Shown: piece after piece, positions 52,368 through 64,000 of the stretch
Numbering within the stretch: position 1 is the first letter of the stretch
Layout of the letters: every line of letters begins with the position of its first letter
Assembly: GCA_047495785.1 (NCBI GenBank)
Contig: JBLDXI010000033.1
Location: 2,232,001 to 2,296,000 of the forward strand
Direction: 5' to 3'
DNA: 64,000 bases
Source of the DNA: Lepidodermella squamata
Taxonomy: Eukaryota > Animalia > Gastrotricha
Notes under the pieces: generated by a model
Told to the model about the DNA's origin: nothing
Database searches by the model: none
What the model saw: only the letters and a program-made list of their open reading frames with translations
Made by a program: the position numbers and the translations under genes

Positions 52368-53345
52368 CATAGATATAATTCAGTAGAGATCGCCCACTCG
52401 CGTGGAAAAGGGTGCACGCCATGGGCGCCAGATGGTGTGGTGATTCATCAGAGGCTTGGAGGCCAAGTAAACAAAATATTCGATTCTTTTTTTGTTGGTT
52501 CCGATCGCATGATAAAATGAATTTAAGTTTTGTTGATGGTTCCAGATAGCTGACATCACAAGGAACACGCTGGTTATTTTAGGATCAACATGAACCACTG
52601 GAATTGAAGAAATTGAATTTCGCTGATGCAATAAAAATAAATTAACACCACTTGCAGAATCGAAATTGAAGCAGTTTTTCAGTGGTTCGTGTAGACCAGA
52701 TCGAGCTCTACAATTTGATACTTGGAGGGAACTTGGATGAATTTTTATCGATTTTCTAGAAAATTTTGAAAATCGAACGTGGATTCATCCATTTTAAAAA
52801 TCTGGACTTGGTGGAGGATTCAATTCAGAACCTTTGTTGTCAGCACGTGCGCCACATGCACATGTTGTGGTTGTAAAGAGTCCAAACCTGAATCTCAAGA
52901 GGACACAAATGTAAATTATGCTCTCGTTTCCTTTCAAAAATTGCAGAAAATCGATAAAAATTCATCCAAGTTCGCTCCAAGTATCAAATTGTAGAGCTCG
53001 ATCTGGTCTACACGAACCACTGAAAAACTGCTTCAATTTCGATTCTGCAAGTGGTGTTAATTTATTTTTATTGCATCAGCGAAATTCAATTTCTTCAATT
53101 CCAGTGGTTCATGTTGATCCTAAAATTTTTGAAAAATAACCAGCGTGTTCCTTGTGATGTCAGCTATCTGGAACCAACAACTAATATTGGAAAAATTGCA
53201 AACTGTGATCGGAACCAACAAAAAAAGAATCGAATATTTTGTTTACTTGGCCTCCAAGCCTCTGATGAATCACCACACCATCTGGCGCCCATGGCGTGCA
53301 CCCTTTTCCACGCGAGTGGGCGATCTCTACTGAATTATGTCTATG
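52368..53345. mobile_element. P-like foldback element, 978 bp, with TIRs of about 400 bp
   Basis: Ends CATAGATATAATTCAG / CTGAATTATGTCTATG; 8-bp TSD GTCCTGTG; long, near-identical inverted arms. Confidence 0.9.
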
Positions 53346-53690
53346 GTCCTGTGGTAAGAAAACAAAAATATGGTTCTTGACTAGGCGTCGAAATCTGAGC
53401 CTTAGTCTTATTATTTATATGCAGTGTTTAAACATATATTTTTACATGTTTGAACAGTTTATACGTATAAACATGTATAAATTGACCGCGATCTGTGAAT
53501 AGTGCAACCCTGAAAAAAGGATTATTTTCATTCATAAATTTAGCGTGGAAAAAAATCGCGATTCAGCCATTTGTTGCTCTCGTCCGAATGATTTTGAGGA
53601 GTGTCGAGTCCATCTACTATTAGTCCCAAGCTGGAAACCTTGAATTTTCCGGGAGGAGACCCGCCACGCTTCATTCTTCTTCTTCATTTG

Positions 53691-54566
53691 TCACTTCGCT
53701 GTCGGGAAGAAGCCATCGAAGACAGCTTCTGCCTCGTCAGTTGGCACCACTTTTTTCGTCCGTGGGTCGAACCTCAGCCGAACGGTTTTCTCCTGGTTCA
53801 CAACGCGCATGCGCATGCTGCGTATCATGAAGTAGCAGCCAGTCTTTTTCTCCGGGTTTATCCTCTTCCCCTCCTTTACCAAGGCATTTTCAGCCTCCAT
53901 AAGATTCACCGGTATGAAGCGGCGAATCCTAACACCTTCTGGTAGCTCTGCCTTCATCGCTTCAAAATTTTCCGACGTCACACTGGCGTTCACAGGCACG
54001 ACTAGAATTGGTCGGTTGCTTTCTTCTCTTGGGAATCCCAGTCGCCGGGAGCGAAAGAAAACACCCTCGAGGCGCGGCAGCGCAGCTTTCACCGCAGCGA
54101 CAAGAGAGTCGCCCTCGCCCTCCTTGACCCCATTCAACACAACCGCACCGGCGTACATGTCGTTCTCGACCGTGCTCTCGCTTTTCACAACTTGCGCTTT
54201 CAGCTGTACGACTTGTTTCTTCAGTTGGCCAACTGCTTCGGCGTATGATTTCGTCGGTGCCAGCGTTTCTTCCAACTTAGGTTTCAGATCTTCTAGCTCT
54301 TTCTTGTACTTCTCGATTTCAGTCTTGCTCGTCTCCAGTTGCCGTTGAAGGTCAGCGATCATTCCTTCGAGACGTTGGGCTGACTCGCTGGCCGTCGTGG
54401 CAGCTACTTGCTGTAGGTCGCCCGACATTGCGAGCAGCCTTTCTTCGGTGATGATTTTCGCTTTCATCTTCACTTCGAATTTCTTTAGCATTTGGTTGAC
54501 GAATTGGAAGAGAAGATAAGGGAGCCGTTCGACCACTTCCTCGATCTTGCCGATCCTTTTATCCAA
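53691..54566 (-). pseudogene. LINE ORF1 (3' part; coiled coil plus RRLG..RPILV RRM-like region)
   Basis: Open 291-codon frame; joins 60670-60560 in frame once the insertion is removed. Confidence 0.8.
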
Positions 54567-54709
54567 GGGTACGTTTCTTTATCTCCAACAGAGATGAAAT
54601 TATTAACAAAACAAGCCATAAACAGACCATTTCTTTATTTTTGTTGAAATTATTAGTTCAACAAGAACGCATTTCTTTACTCGGTTTATTGTTAAAGCTA
54701 CTAACAAAA

Positions 54710-57700
54710 ACCTAACGGAACCTAGCAGCGGGTTTTCATCAGCACTGACTTCCACTCATCCTGGAAGTCTCATCATTTGTTATGGATTGTTATGGACCAA
54801 TACTAGTTGGTAGAAACAAAAATTACATTTGCATCACCTTCCGTTGGCGTGCTGCCAACTTTTGCTGCCAAGTTCAACTTTTACACTGTAAAAAGGGTGC
54901 ATCGATTTGGGACCCCATTTGTTATATCCGACAGCAGCACATAACAAACGTGAGAATTTGTTATATAACGTAACAAATGACGCTGATTGCGATGGTGCTT
55001 TTTATTTTACCATCAGCATCACCTGGACAGGTGTGGATCGAAAAAACCAGGTATGATGGCTTACCTGAGCAGGTAGGGTGCGTCCCATGACCTCGAGATA
55101 ATTTTTTTCGGATTCTCCGTCGAAAATTACTGGTATTCCCTAAGTTTTTTGAATTTCTGACATACATAACTCACGAAATGAGAAATATAATGATCTTACA
55201 CAGAGTTGCAATTTCCGTCATTTGTTGATGTCAGTCAATAATGAGAGTTACTCGCTTGGAAGCGGAAACTTGGATTCTTCAACATTGCCCCGTGTGTCTA
55301 ACAATGAGTGCACCAGGGTAAAAAATGATGCAGAATTCAACCGTGCTATTGTCTAATCAACAAAATTGATTGCTACGTGGTTAAATGATCACGTGACCTA
55401 TTCGCTTTATCAAGTTTCTGATGGTACGAATTGAATATATTACCCTATTTGTTATAACTGTCAGCACATCATAAAAAACGTGGTATTTTGTCCTATATGG
55501 TAATAATTGGCGCTGAAAACGCTGGTGATGTTTATTTTACTATCAGTACCTTCTTGACAGGTGAGGATTGCTAAGAACAGGTAAGGTGTCTTCCAGCGAG
55601 CATCATAGTGAGACTCTATTCTGAATTCATTTCAAGGCAATTTTATTGAATTTTATGAAATTGATGAAAGTTATGAGGTTCTACTGTTGTTCTACATGTT
55701 GATCCGATGTCCTGAAAGAAGCCGAGTGGACCTACATGTTTGTTTTGTTTCCATAACCGTCATAGCCGAATTTCCGAATTTCCGAAATTGATGAGCAAGA
55801 AAAGTAAGAAACTCGAGGTGAATAATGTGAGTATAGGCATACATCTTTGAAATAGATATTAATTTTCGTATCAGAAATCAGAATAAACCATAGCACTTGC
55901 TGATCTTAAGTATTCCAAAATTTAAGAGCATCAATAAACAAATTAAACAATGATTCCTCAAAGAAGGTAACGAATATTATTGACTTTCTCGCACGAAAAG
56001 GTCATATTAACAGAATAAAATATTATAGGTAATAATAAAATCAACATCACCAACGTTTTCAGGGCTACTTTTTATCTTCTAGAATTAAAATTCCACATTT
56101 GTTACGTAGCGCTGTCAGTTAAAAAAATATCGTACCGTAACGGTCCCTAACTTTGGACAAAACACGTTTTTTAATTTTAAAAAATTAAGCTTTCGTCTGA
56201 AAAATTTGGAAAAAAGTTCGAAACCTCGGGGCGAATATTCTGGATCGACAGGTAAATTTTGAGAAATTTCGGAGCTCACCTTGATTTTTAAGAAATAGAT
56301 TAAGAAACCTCTAAATTTGGACAGAAAGCCCCAAATTTGGACACTTCATTTGCATATGCTAATTAGAACTTACGCTAATTGTATTTCATGTTGCGCAATT
56401 TTTCTGGTGTTTTTAAAAGCGATTTCGCCAAAGATTTTAGACTAGAATAATGCTACTACCGATTTTAATCAATTATCGTCAAAACTAATGCAGATAAACG
56501 CTATACATCCGGCTTTAATACCTTCAAAGGACCATGGTGTCTCTTGCTTGAAAAGTAGTCAGAGTAATATCAATCAGGGGTTAAACCACGGTTTGAGTGA
56601 GTAATAAAGTTTCTTTATCCCTGAATTCTACCTGAATCAACCGGAGGGGGATTTTCATTTGTCAGAACCATTATCATGCTCTCTAGCCAGAATGATGAAG
56701 CAGCGTAATGTGCGGGTCCATTATTGCTAGGTTGCACAACCTGGCAGGCCGCAGTAGGTTTCGTGCTTTAGCTAAAATTTCAAGGTTCCAGCAATGTATA
56801 GCCATCCTTTTTAAAAACTCACCAAAAGCATACGTTTCATTTGCATATGCATACAGAAAAAAATAGCATTAAAAGCGTCCAAATTTAGAGGCAAAATTCA
56901 ATATCACCTGTATCGAAATTGGCTCGTTTATATCCGCCGAGATTTTTTTACAGTATTTAGTTCAGGTAAAACCGTGTGAGCAAAACAATTTTCAGCCCCA
57001 ACCGTTCACAGGTGAGCGTTTGGCAAGGGGGGTCCCAAAACACATTTCTGAGTGATCGAGCGTCGGCGATTTTTCCCAAATCGATGGTATATGGAAGTAT
57101 TGCCAAATTTGGTACCGATGGAAAGCCCAAAAGGCGAGCTATTTTTCAGTGCGATTTGCCACTTTGTATCAGTTGTGCACAAACAGATATTCAGGGCCAA
57201 AGCTCAGAGCGTCCACATTTAGGGTGTCCAAATTTAGGGACCGATCCGGTAATCTAATTCAATTCAGACCCATTTTAAATTTGAATAGCCGGCTACGTAT
57301 CACGTGGTCAATTAACCGCCAAGCCGTCAATTATATTCGTTAGACAATAGAGATGTTGATTTCTGCATCATTTTTTACCCTAGTGCACTCATTAAAATGT
57401 GAAGTTAATGTAAAATAATCCAAGCTTCCGCTGCCAAGTACATGATTTTCATTGCAAACTGCCATAATCGACATTGAAATTGCAACTTTAGTTAAACTCG
57501 CTTTTATTTCTCGAGTTATATGAATCGAAAGTTCGCAATACTTTGTGAAACATGGTAATTTACCACGGAGAATCCGAAAAAATTATCTCGAGGTCATGGG
57601 ACGCACCCTACCTGCTCAGGTGAGCCACCTTACCTGGTTTTTTCGATCCACACCTGTCCAGGTGATGCTGATGGTAAAATAAAAAGCACCATCGCAATCA

Positions 57701-57974
57701 GCGTCATTTGTTACGTTATATAACAAATTCTCACGTTTGTTATGTGCTGCTGTCAGATATAACAAATGGGGTCCCAAATCGATGCACCCATTTTACATGG
57801 TAAAAGCTGAACTTAGCAGCAAAAGTTGGCAGCACGCCAACGGAAGGTGATGCGAATGTAATTTTTGTTTCTATCAACTAGTATTGGTCTATAACAATCC
57901 ATAACAAATGATGACACTACTCGGATAAGTGGAAGTTGGTGCTGATAAAAACACGCTGCCAAGTTCAAAGCGGT
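54710..57974. mobile_element. Long-TIR (about 700 bp) Mutator/foldback-like non-autonomous element
   Basis: About 54710-55440 is inverted at about 57255-57974; flanked by TAACAAAA direct repeats. Confidence 0.75.
56135..57249. mobile_element. Tc1/mariner-like non-autonomous element
   Basis: Imperfect TIRs CCGTAACGGTCCCTAACTTTGGACA / TGTCCAAATTTAGGGACCGATCCGG; TA on both sides; internal repeats of the TIR core. Confidence 0.8.
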
Positions 57975-58040
57975 TAACAAAATCAAGTGGCGTTTCATTC
58001 ATTAAACATGTTTTTTGCCCGAAATTACTAACCGCTCGTC

Positions 58041-59348
58041 GGGTGCGTTTCTTTATCTCAAACAGAGATGAAATTATTAACAAAACAAGCCATAAACAGG
58101 CCATTTCTTTATTTCTGTTGAAATTATTAGTTCAACCAGAAATTATTTCTTTATTCTGATTATTGTTGGAGCTACTATAATAATCAGCTAGCGTTTCATT
58201 CATTAAACATGTTTTTTGCCCAAAATTATCAACAACTCGCCGAGTCGTTTTTGGAGCGATTTTTTCTAAGTCGCACGCATCAACGACCCGCCCAACGAAG
58301 GCAGAAGAAGCAAAAACTCATTTTCCTGCACATTTTTTCTAAGTTGCGCTTGATGATTCATTAGGCATTAGGCCAGCCAAAATACTACCTATTAATTTAT
58401 GGGGTGTGACATTTCAGCTGGCGACAAAACCGCAGCCAATTTTTTTTTAATATGAAGTAATTATGTGTCATATTGAGGATATTGCGAGTGCAAAATAGAG
58501 CGAAATTGCTATTGGGCGACATTAGCGCTGGCGACAGTCCAGCAAGGGACATATCGGTCTTAATTGACAGACAAAATGCGAGCTCAGTTTAAATACAAGT
58601 TCGGATCTAAATTATCAAATTCTGATGACAGTTCGGCCAATTTGCCTTATAGTCGTCAGCTGAAGTGTCGTCAAATAATCAATTTTTTTTTAAATTATTA
58701 ATTAGTTTTACTTTTATTTCAAAGCATAATGCGAGCGTGGCCGTCAGTGGTTACATTATAATATAAGCGAGGCTACATTGCTTATTTGTCACCTGCGAAA
58801 ATGTCGCCAAAAAGAGAAACGTCTTATTGCAAGAGAGCTGAGAGCTGTCTCCACCTTCGAGTCTGAAAAGTTGCATTTTGTCTTGATTTGGCCAAGCGCT
58901 TCACATCGGGCTGATTTGACCCGGCTGAAATGTCGGCACTAATTAACCTGCTGATTTCCTATTTAAAAATTTGACAAATTAACCGATTGAAACATGATGA
59001 CCCTTAATATCGACTGAAATTTTAGTTGGCCCAAGGCCAAATTATACAACCTGTCTAAATATTACCTATTCTATTGACTTCTCAGGTCGCCATGACAGCT
59101 ACATAGCTAACCATTTCTTTATCGATTTAATCTAATAACAAAATCAGAGTGTTTCATTTGATAAACGAGATTTTGTTAATCCAAAAAATCGAATAAAGAA
59201 ATGCCTCTGATTATTGTTTTTGCTAATAACAAAATCAGAATAAAGAAATACGCACTGTCGGTTGTTTTTAACATAAATGGATAAAGAAATGGTCTCTGTT
59301 TTTTGCCTTGTTTTCAACAAAATCTGTTGAGAATAAAGAAACGCACCC
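58041..59348. mobile_element. PIF/Harbinger-like element (inner, 1308 bp), same family as the outer one
   Basis: TIRs GGGTGCGTTTCTTTAT / ATAAAGAAACGCACCC; 3-bp TSD GTC; body homologous to 59352-60559. Confidence 0.85.
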
Positions 59349-60056
59349 GTCGAGTCGTTTTTGGAGCGATTTTTTCTAAGTCCTACGCATCAAGACCCAG
59401 CCCAGCGAAGGCAAAAATAATAAAATGACCTAATTTTTTGTTAATTCTCTCCAAGTCATGTTTGATGATTCATTATACCAAGCAGCAAACCTATTAATTC
59501 ATGGGCGTGCGACATTTCAGCAGGGGACAAAACCGCAGGCATTTTTTTGATATGATGCGATTATGTGACAATTTGAAAATATCACTATTGCGAAATAGTG
59601 CGAAATCGGTATTCGGCGACATTTGCGCTGGCAACATATCAGCAAGGGACAGATCAGCCTTATTGACTGTCGAAATCTCAGTTTTAATACAAGTTCGGAT
59701 CAAATTCTGATCAAATTTCCGCTAAATTCCTTCATTGTCGCCAGCTGAAATGTTGTCAAATGCTTAAACGAACACTTTTGCAAAAGATTTATTAATTTTA
59801 GCGTCCGAAATTATTTCCTCCTTTACATCGTGGACTGATTTGACGGGGCTGAAATAACGGGGAATTAGGTGGAATTAATTCAAGCGATTCCGTAAAGATT
59901 CGGACCATGGTGATAAAATTTTAATAAGTGGGGATGCATTGCTCATTTGTCACCTTCGAAAATGTCGCCAAAAAGAAAAACTTTATGTGTGAAAGTTTAC
60001 TTCACAGTATATAGTCTGAAAAATGACATTTTTGTTCTGATTTGACTAAGCGCTTC

Positions 60057-60142
60057 ACATCGGGCTGATTTGACCTGGCTGAAATGGCGGCACTCAACAA
60101 CATCGGGCTGATTTGACCTGGCTGAAATGGCGGCACTCAACA
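60057..60142 (+). repeat. 43-bp tandem duplication
   Basis: ACATCGGGCTGATTTGACCTGGCTGAAATGGCGGCACTCAACA occurs twice; single in the inner paralogous element. Confidence 0.85.
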
Positions 60143-60790
60143 ACATACGCTAACAGCGCTGATTTGCAATATTTCCCGCTGATTTCCTATTTGAAATTTC
60201 GAAAATTTAACCGATGGAAACTTAACGACCCTCATCAATACCGACTGAAATTTCAGTTGGCCAAAGGCCAAATTATTCAACCTGTCAAAATATTACCGAT
60301 TCTTCTCAGGTCGCCAGAGCAGTTACACAGCTAACCATTTCTTTATTGATTTAATCAGAACGTTTCATTTGATAAACGAGATTTTGTTAATGCAAAAAAT
60401 CGCATAAAGAAATGCGTCTGATTATTGTTTTTGCTACTAACAAAATCAGAATAAAGAAATACTCACTTACGGTTGTTTTTAACATAAACGGATAAAGAAA
60501 TGGTCTTTGGTTTTTGCCTTGTTTTCAACAAAATCTGTTGAGAATAAAGAAACGTACCCCAACTCGGCACAGCTGCTTTTTCCGATCTTGCGGTTCTCGG
60601 TGAAACCCCAGAACGGTTCACTCAGGTCTTTGAGGACCTCGTCGTCGAAATCGACTCTTGCACCAAGCATGGCCCTAGCCGGAGGGCGACTCGAAAATTC
60701 AGAGATTTAAAAACTCTATGGAAACACGGCGGGGAACAGAAATCCGTCTCCCACCTCAGAAAATTTAATATTCAATCGCAGATATTATCG

Positions 60791-60905
60791 CCACTATCCT
60801 CCTTGACGACCGACAGACCGACAGACGGACCGGCCGCCGAGTGCGACCTACGACAACGGGAGTTCCCCGTCATTTCTAAAATTTTTGCGAATTTCATTGA
60901 CGAAA
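60791..60905 (+). repeat. Second copy of the 47161-47286 repeat
   Basis: Near-identical sequence. Confidence 0.85.
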
Positions 60906-61108
60906 ATTCCTCGAGTAAAATCCGGTAAAAATAATAAGCGATAAATAATTTTATTTTCACAATTACTCTGCGAAGTGAAAAATTAAAATTCCACCTCAAC
61001 GAATAAATTGTAGCATTATTTCCTCAAATTTAGACAAAAACATTTGACGCGTCAAAATTTCACATTTTTTCAAGAACTAGTAACGAAACACGGCCACTGC
61101 GCTAACGA

Positions 61109-63915
61109 ATGAAATTATGGCTGTTCTTCTGTTCTGCTGTTTTGCTCTATTTCGCCAGTCGATCTTCCGGTGTTATAGAGCCATTCCCATTTCCTCTAAC
61201 GTTAGGTCCATTTGGTCATTTTGAGCTGTCTTATAAGGAGAATGGCGGACAGCAGAATGAGTCTGGGTGGTCCGTTTTCTTTCCAAGGAAAGCGTCGGAT
61301 GAAAACCGCAACGACTTTGGCAGTATTATGGTTGATTTTTCTCATACCTTTTCGCCTACTTGGTACGTGCCTGAATCCATAAAGATAATGGTACTCCTCA
61401 CAAAACATATCAGGAAACCCCTTATAATGATAATGTTCACATTTTTACCTCGCTATAGATGTGGACTGTAAGCTATTCCATGATTGTCTACTACAGGGTA
61501 ATCGATAATAATTGTACAAAGGAGCTGACAAAGGAGAATGAAAATGATACTCGGAGAAACTGCGACGTCGATGGTCTGCAAAGCTTCAAATTTGGATTTA
61601 AGGATGGAACTGCTTATTCTAATTTACCGGCTTCAGAAAAAATCATGAAGCTAATGGGCATGAAATGTAAAGCTAATCAGTTTGAAATCAAGTTCGAATC
61701 GAAGGATCAAAAGGGCAAATCGCTGAGGGATTTATGTCCTTTTAATATAACAGCCTTTATTTTCGATTCTCATCTGGATGTAGAAGATCTTTATGCAGGA
61801 CCTTCAATTCAGGTATTAGGAATTAGGAATGTAATGTTTGCAATAATATATAGCCCAACAATTATTTTATACAGGCGAGTGGTTGTAATATATCACAAAA
61901 CGATGCTTGGACCGGCTGGAGATTGATGGCGCAAGCTTTCAAGAGTAGTTGCGAGCACGATGAGAAGTCAAGGTGGAACTTTGAGAGTGACTTCACGATA
62001 GAATTTGATCACGTCGAATTCGAACAAATCAATGGATTCAAAAAATATAAGGATCATAGTCCCGTGTATAATTACTGGTATGCAATCAACTTCGACAAAG
62101 ATACTTACACATTCAGACTTCCGCTAGCGTTGACGCAGCAGCGACTTAAGTTCCCTTATTATAATAGTGTTTGTGGCATTGATATTAGCGGCGTGCCCTG
62201 CATGTATGTTTATACCTGCGGTGACGCCTCGTTGGATTGCATTTATGACTGCCGACCGAAGAAGGACATATTGCGCTGGTTCGAATGCAGAGAAGAAACT
62301 AATAGATTTCTATGGCAATACCCTATAACGAAAAAGGCAGAGGTGCGACTAACTAGGCATTTGTTCATTTATCAGTCTTCAAATGATTTCACCATGACTC
62401 TTCGATGCCCGCGGTTCCCAGCGTGGGAGAATATCTCTTGGTATTATTTCGACAATGGCAAGTCACTTGAGTTTGAACCCGAATATTCGCAATCTATAAA
62501 TTCTGATGAAGATGGAGATCGAACGTCGTTGGTTTTTGTGACTAACAACATAAGTACTTTTCAAACTTGGTGCATGAGACGTACTATAGGACGCCGCGGC
62601 TTGCTGAGAATCAGAAAAAGTGTGATATTTTTAATGAGGTCCAAAGTCCAACTCGACCAATGAATCATCTCATTACACTTTTTGCAATCATCTCAAGCCT
62701 CTTTTTTGCTTAAGATCAACGAGATCAACACATCTTTACACAGCGTCACGCCGATCTTTTGCTGTAAAAGAATTCTCATCAGTTTTTAATTATTGACATT
62801 TAAAAAATTAAAATTTTATAAATTAAAATTTCTTTAATTTCGAAATTACTGGACTAAAATTTAATTCGTATGCACATTCCGATATGCACAGTCCGCGGCC
62901 TTCAAGAGGCCCATGTAACGGGTGCTTCGAAGCCGCGGCGTCCTATAGTACGTCTCATGACTTGGTGGGCTATTCGTTGCGGACACAATTTTCCTGTGAA
63001 ATATGCGAACGGAAAGGAACAAGACCTGTACAAAACCTTGAAGAACTATCATGTTACAGTCAATCACGCGCAAGATTCCCCCATCGAGTGGTGTGTTTTG
63101 TATGCAAACGATGTGCCGATTGTTGGTCCCGTGGCTGTATTTCCAGATTCAAATGACGCTCAGTTGCAGCTACGCTTGTTATGCCAACCTGTGGACAAAA
63201 CATGTGGTGATTCGTTAGCTTCCTACTTTGTCGATTACGACGATGAAGGCTTGTGGTTGCCGAACATTGAAGTCAATTGGCATGGCGAGACCATATATCG
63301 CAATAATTTCCAAATATTTCAGAAGTCCCTACCGTCATGGTTGACTGTAAAAGTTACCCCGTTGTCTCTGGAAGACAGCTGTCAGATCAGTTTGAAGATT
63401 CGAATAAAGAAAGTTGGCAAAGCCGCGAACTGGGGTCACTTTGGGGCATTTACGATATCGATCTTCGATGATCATAACCCGAGCGAAATCATACCTCTTT
63501 ACGATTTCGAAGTAATGACTTCGCGAAGTGAAACAAGCCGCTTCTTTCCAATAGGAAATTTCTTCCCGAACGGTAAATTTTCACTGCTGAGAGGCGTTTG
63601 ATTGATGTTTCGATAATTTTTGTGTTCCTTTTTCATTTTTTGCCAGCACCGCTTGAAGCTTCGACGACATTCGGTACTCGGCCGCCGAAATTAACAACTA
63701 CTCGAGTCGCGCAATCAACAAGTACGCCTTATGCGCCGACTGAATCCGTGCCTAAAGACGATAAACACTTTGTTCATCCTAATTTGTTCAAGACTTCGAC
63801 GCCATTTTGGTGGCCAGACGATACAATTATCACGAGCGCTAGTAACCGAAAACTTGCGTACATTTTCGGCTATCTTCAGATTATTCTTAGCTTGTGGACT
63901 AGTTTTCTCAAGTAA
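61109..63915 (+). CDS. Ig-like GPI-anchored surface protein, copy B, interrupted by a MITE in exon 3 (pseudogene or splice-rescued)
   Basis: Highly similar to 44074-46493 with the same introns; reading frames otherwise intact. Confidence 0.7.
62573..62959. mobile_element. P-like MITE, 387 bp
   Basis: Perfect 30-bp TIRs CATGAGACGTACTATAGGACGCCGCGGCTT; 8-bp TSD ACTTGGTG; the empty site is visible in copy A (about 45528). Confidence 0.95.
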
Positions 63916-64000
63916 AATAAAAAGTTGAATGTTTAACCGATGATTTTTCGGATTCCTATCCAGCTGGACCAGTTATCAGTTTAAGATAATGGTTACTTAT

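Larger units (their letters stand above)
54567..60559. mobile_element. PIF/Harbinger-like non-autonomous element (outer), expanded to about 6 kb by nested insertions
   Basis: TIRs GGGTACGTTTCTTTAT / ATAAAGAAACGTACCC; 3-bp TSD CAA. Confidence 0.85.
48620..60760 (-). mobile_element. Near full-length but disrupted non-LTR retrotransposon (RTE-X-like) with nested insertions; ends approximate
   Basis: ORF1 split (60670-60560 plus 54563-53691); APE endonuclease remnants (SVLDYAL, SDHRGL); RT motifs YRPISL, QFGF, FVDFSSAFD, LFADD, FKYL, YGAEIWG; frameshifted. Confidence 0.85.

Noticed and set aside
52275-53502. Mirror-image ORFs on opposite strands (..MNHHTIWRPWRAPF..)
   Set aside because: Artefact of the foldback element's inverted arms

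Overview
Gene-dense window from a compact invertebrate animal genome; most introns are 45-70 nt. From 1 to 43 kb: two intronless GPI-anchored three-finger (Ly6-like) genes next to an nAChR-type Cys-loop subunit with a PAR anion-filter motif and GC-AG introns; Tbx2/3 (omb) with a large regulatory domain; an initiator tRNA-Met directly upstream of a U1 snRNA with an atypical Sm site; an AKAP13/ARHGEF28-type RhoGEF; then a tightly packed + strand run of OSBPL9, TMEM107, a LamG/EGF protein, USP14, TMEM68 and HELLS. From 43 to 64 kb: two tandem copies of an unrecognised GPI-anchored Ig-like gene, separated by a nest of transposons. An RTE-X-like LINE carries Harbinger-, Mutator-, Tc1/mariner- and P-like non-autonomous elements up to four levels deep. 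A P-like MITE in the second gene copy has terminal inverted repeats (TIRs) containing a GT and an AG that would let it splice out in frame. All homology calls come from motif recognition by eye; no searches were run.
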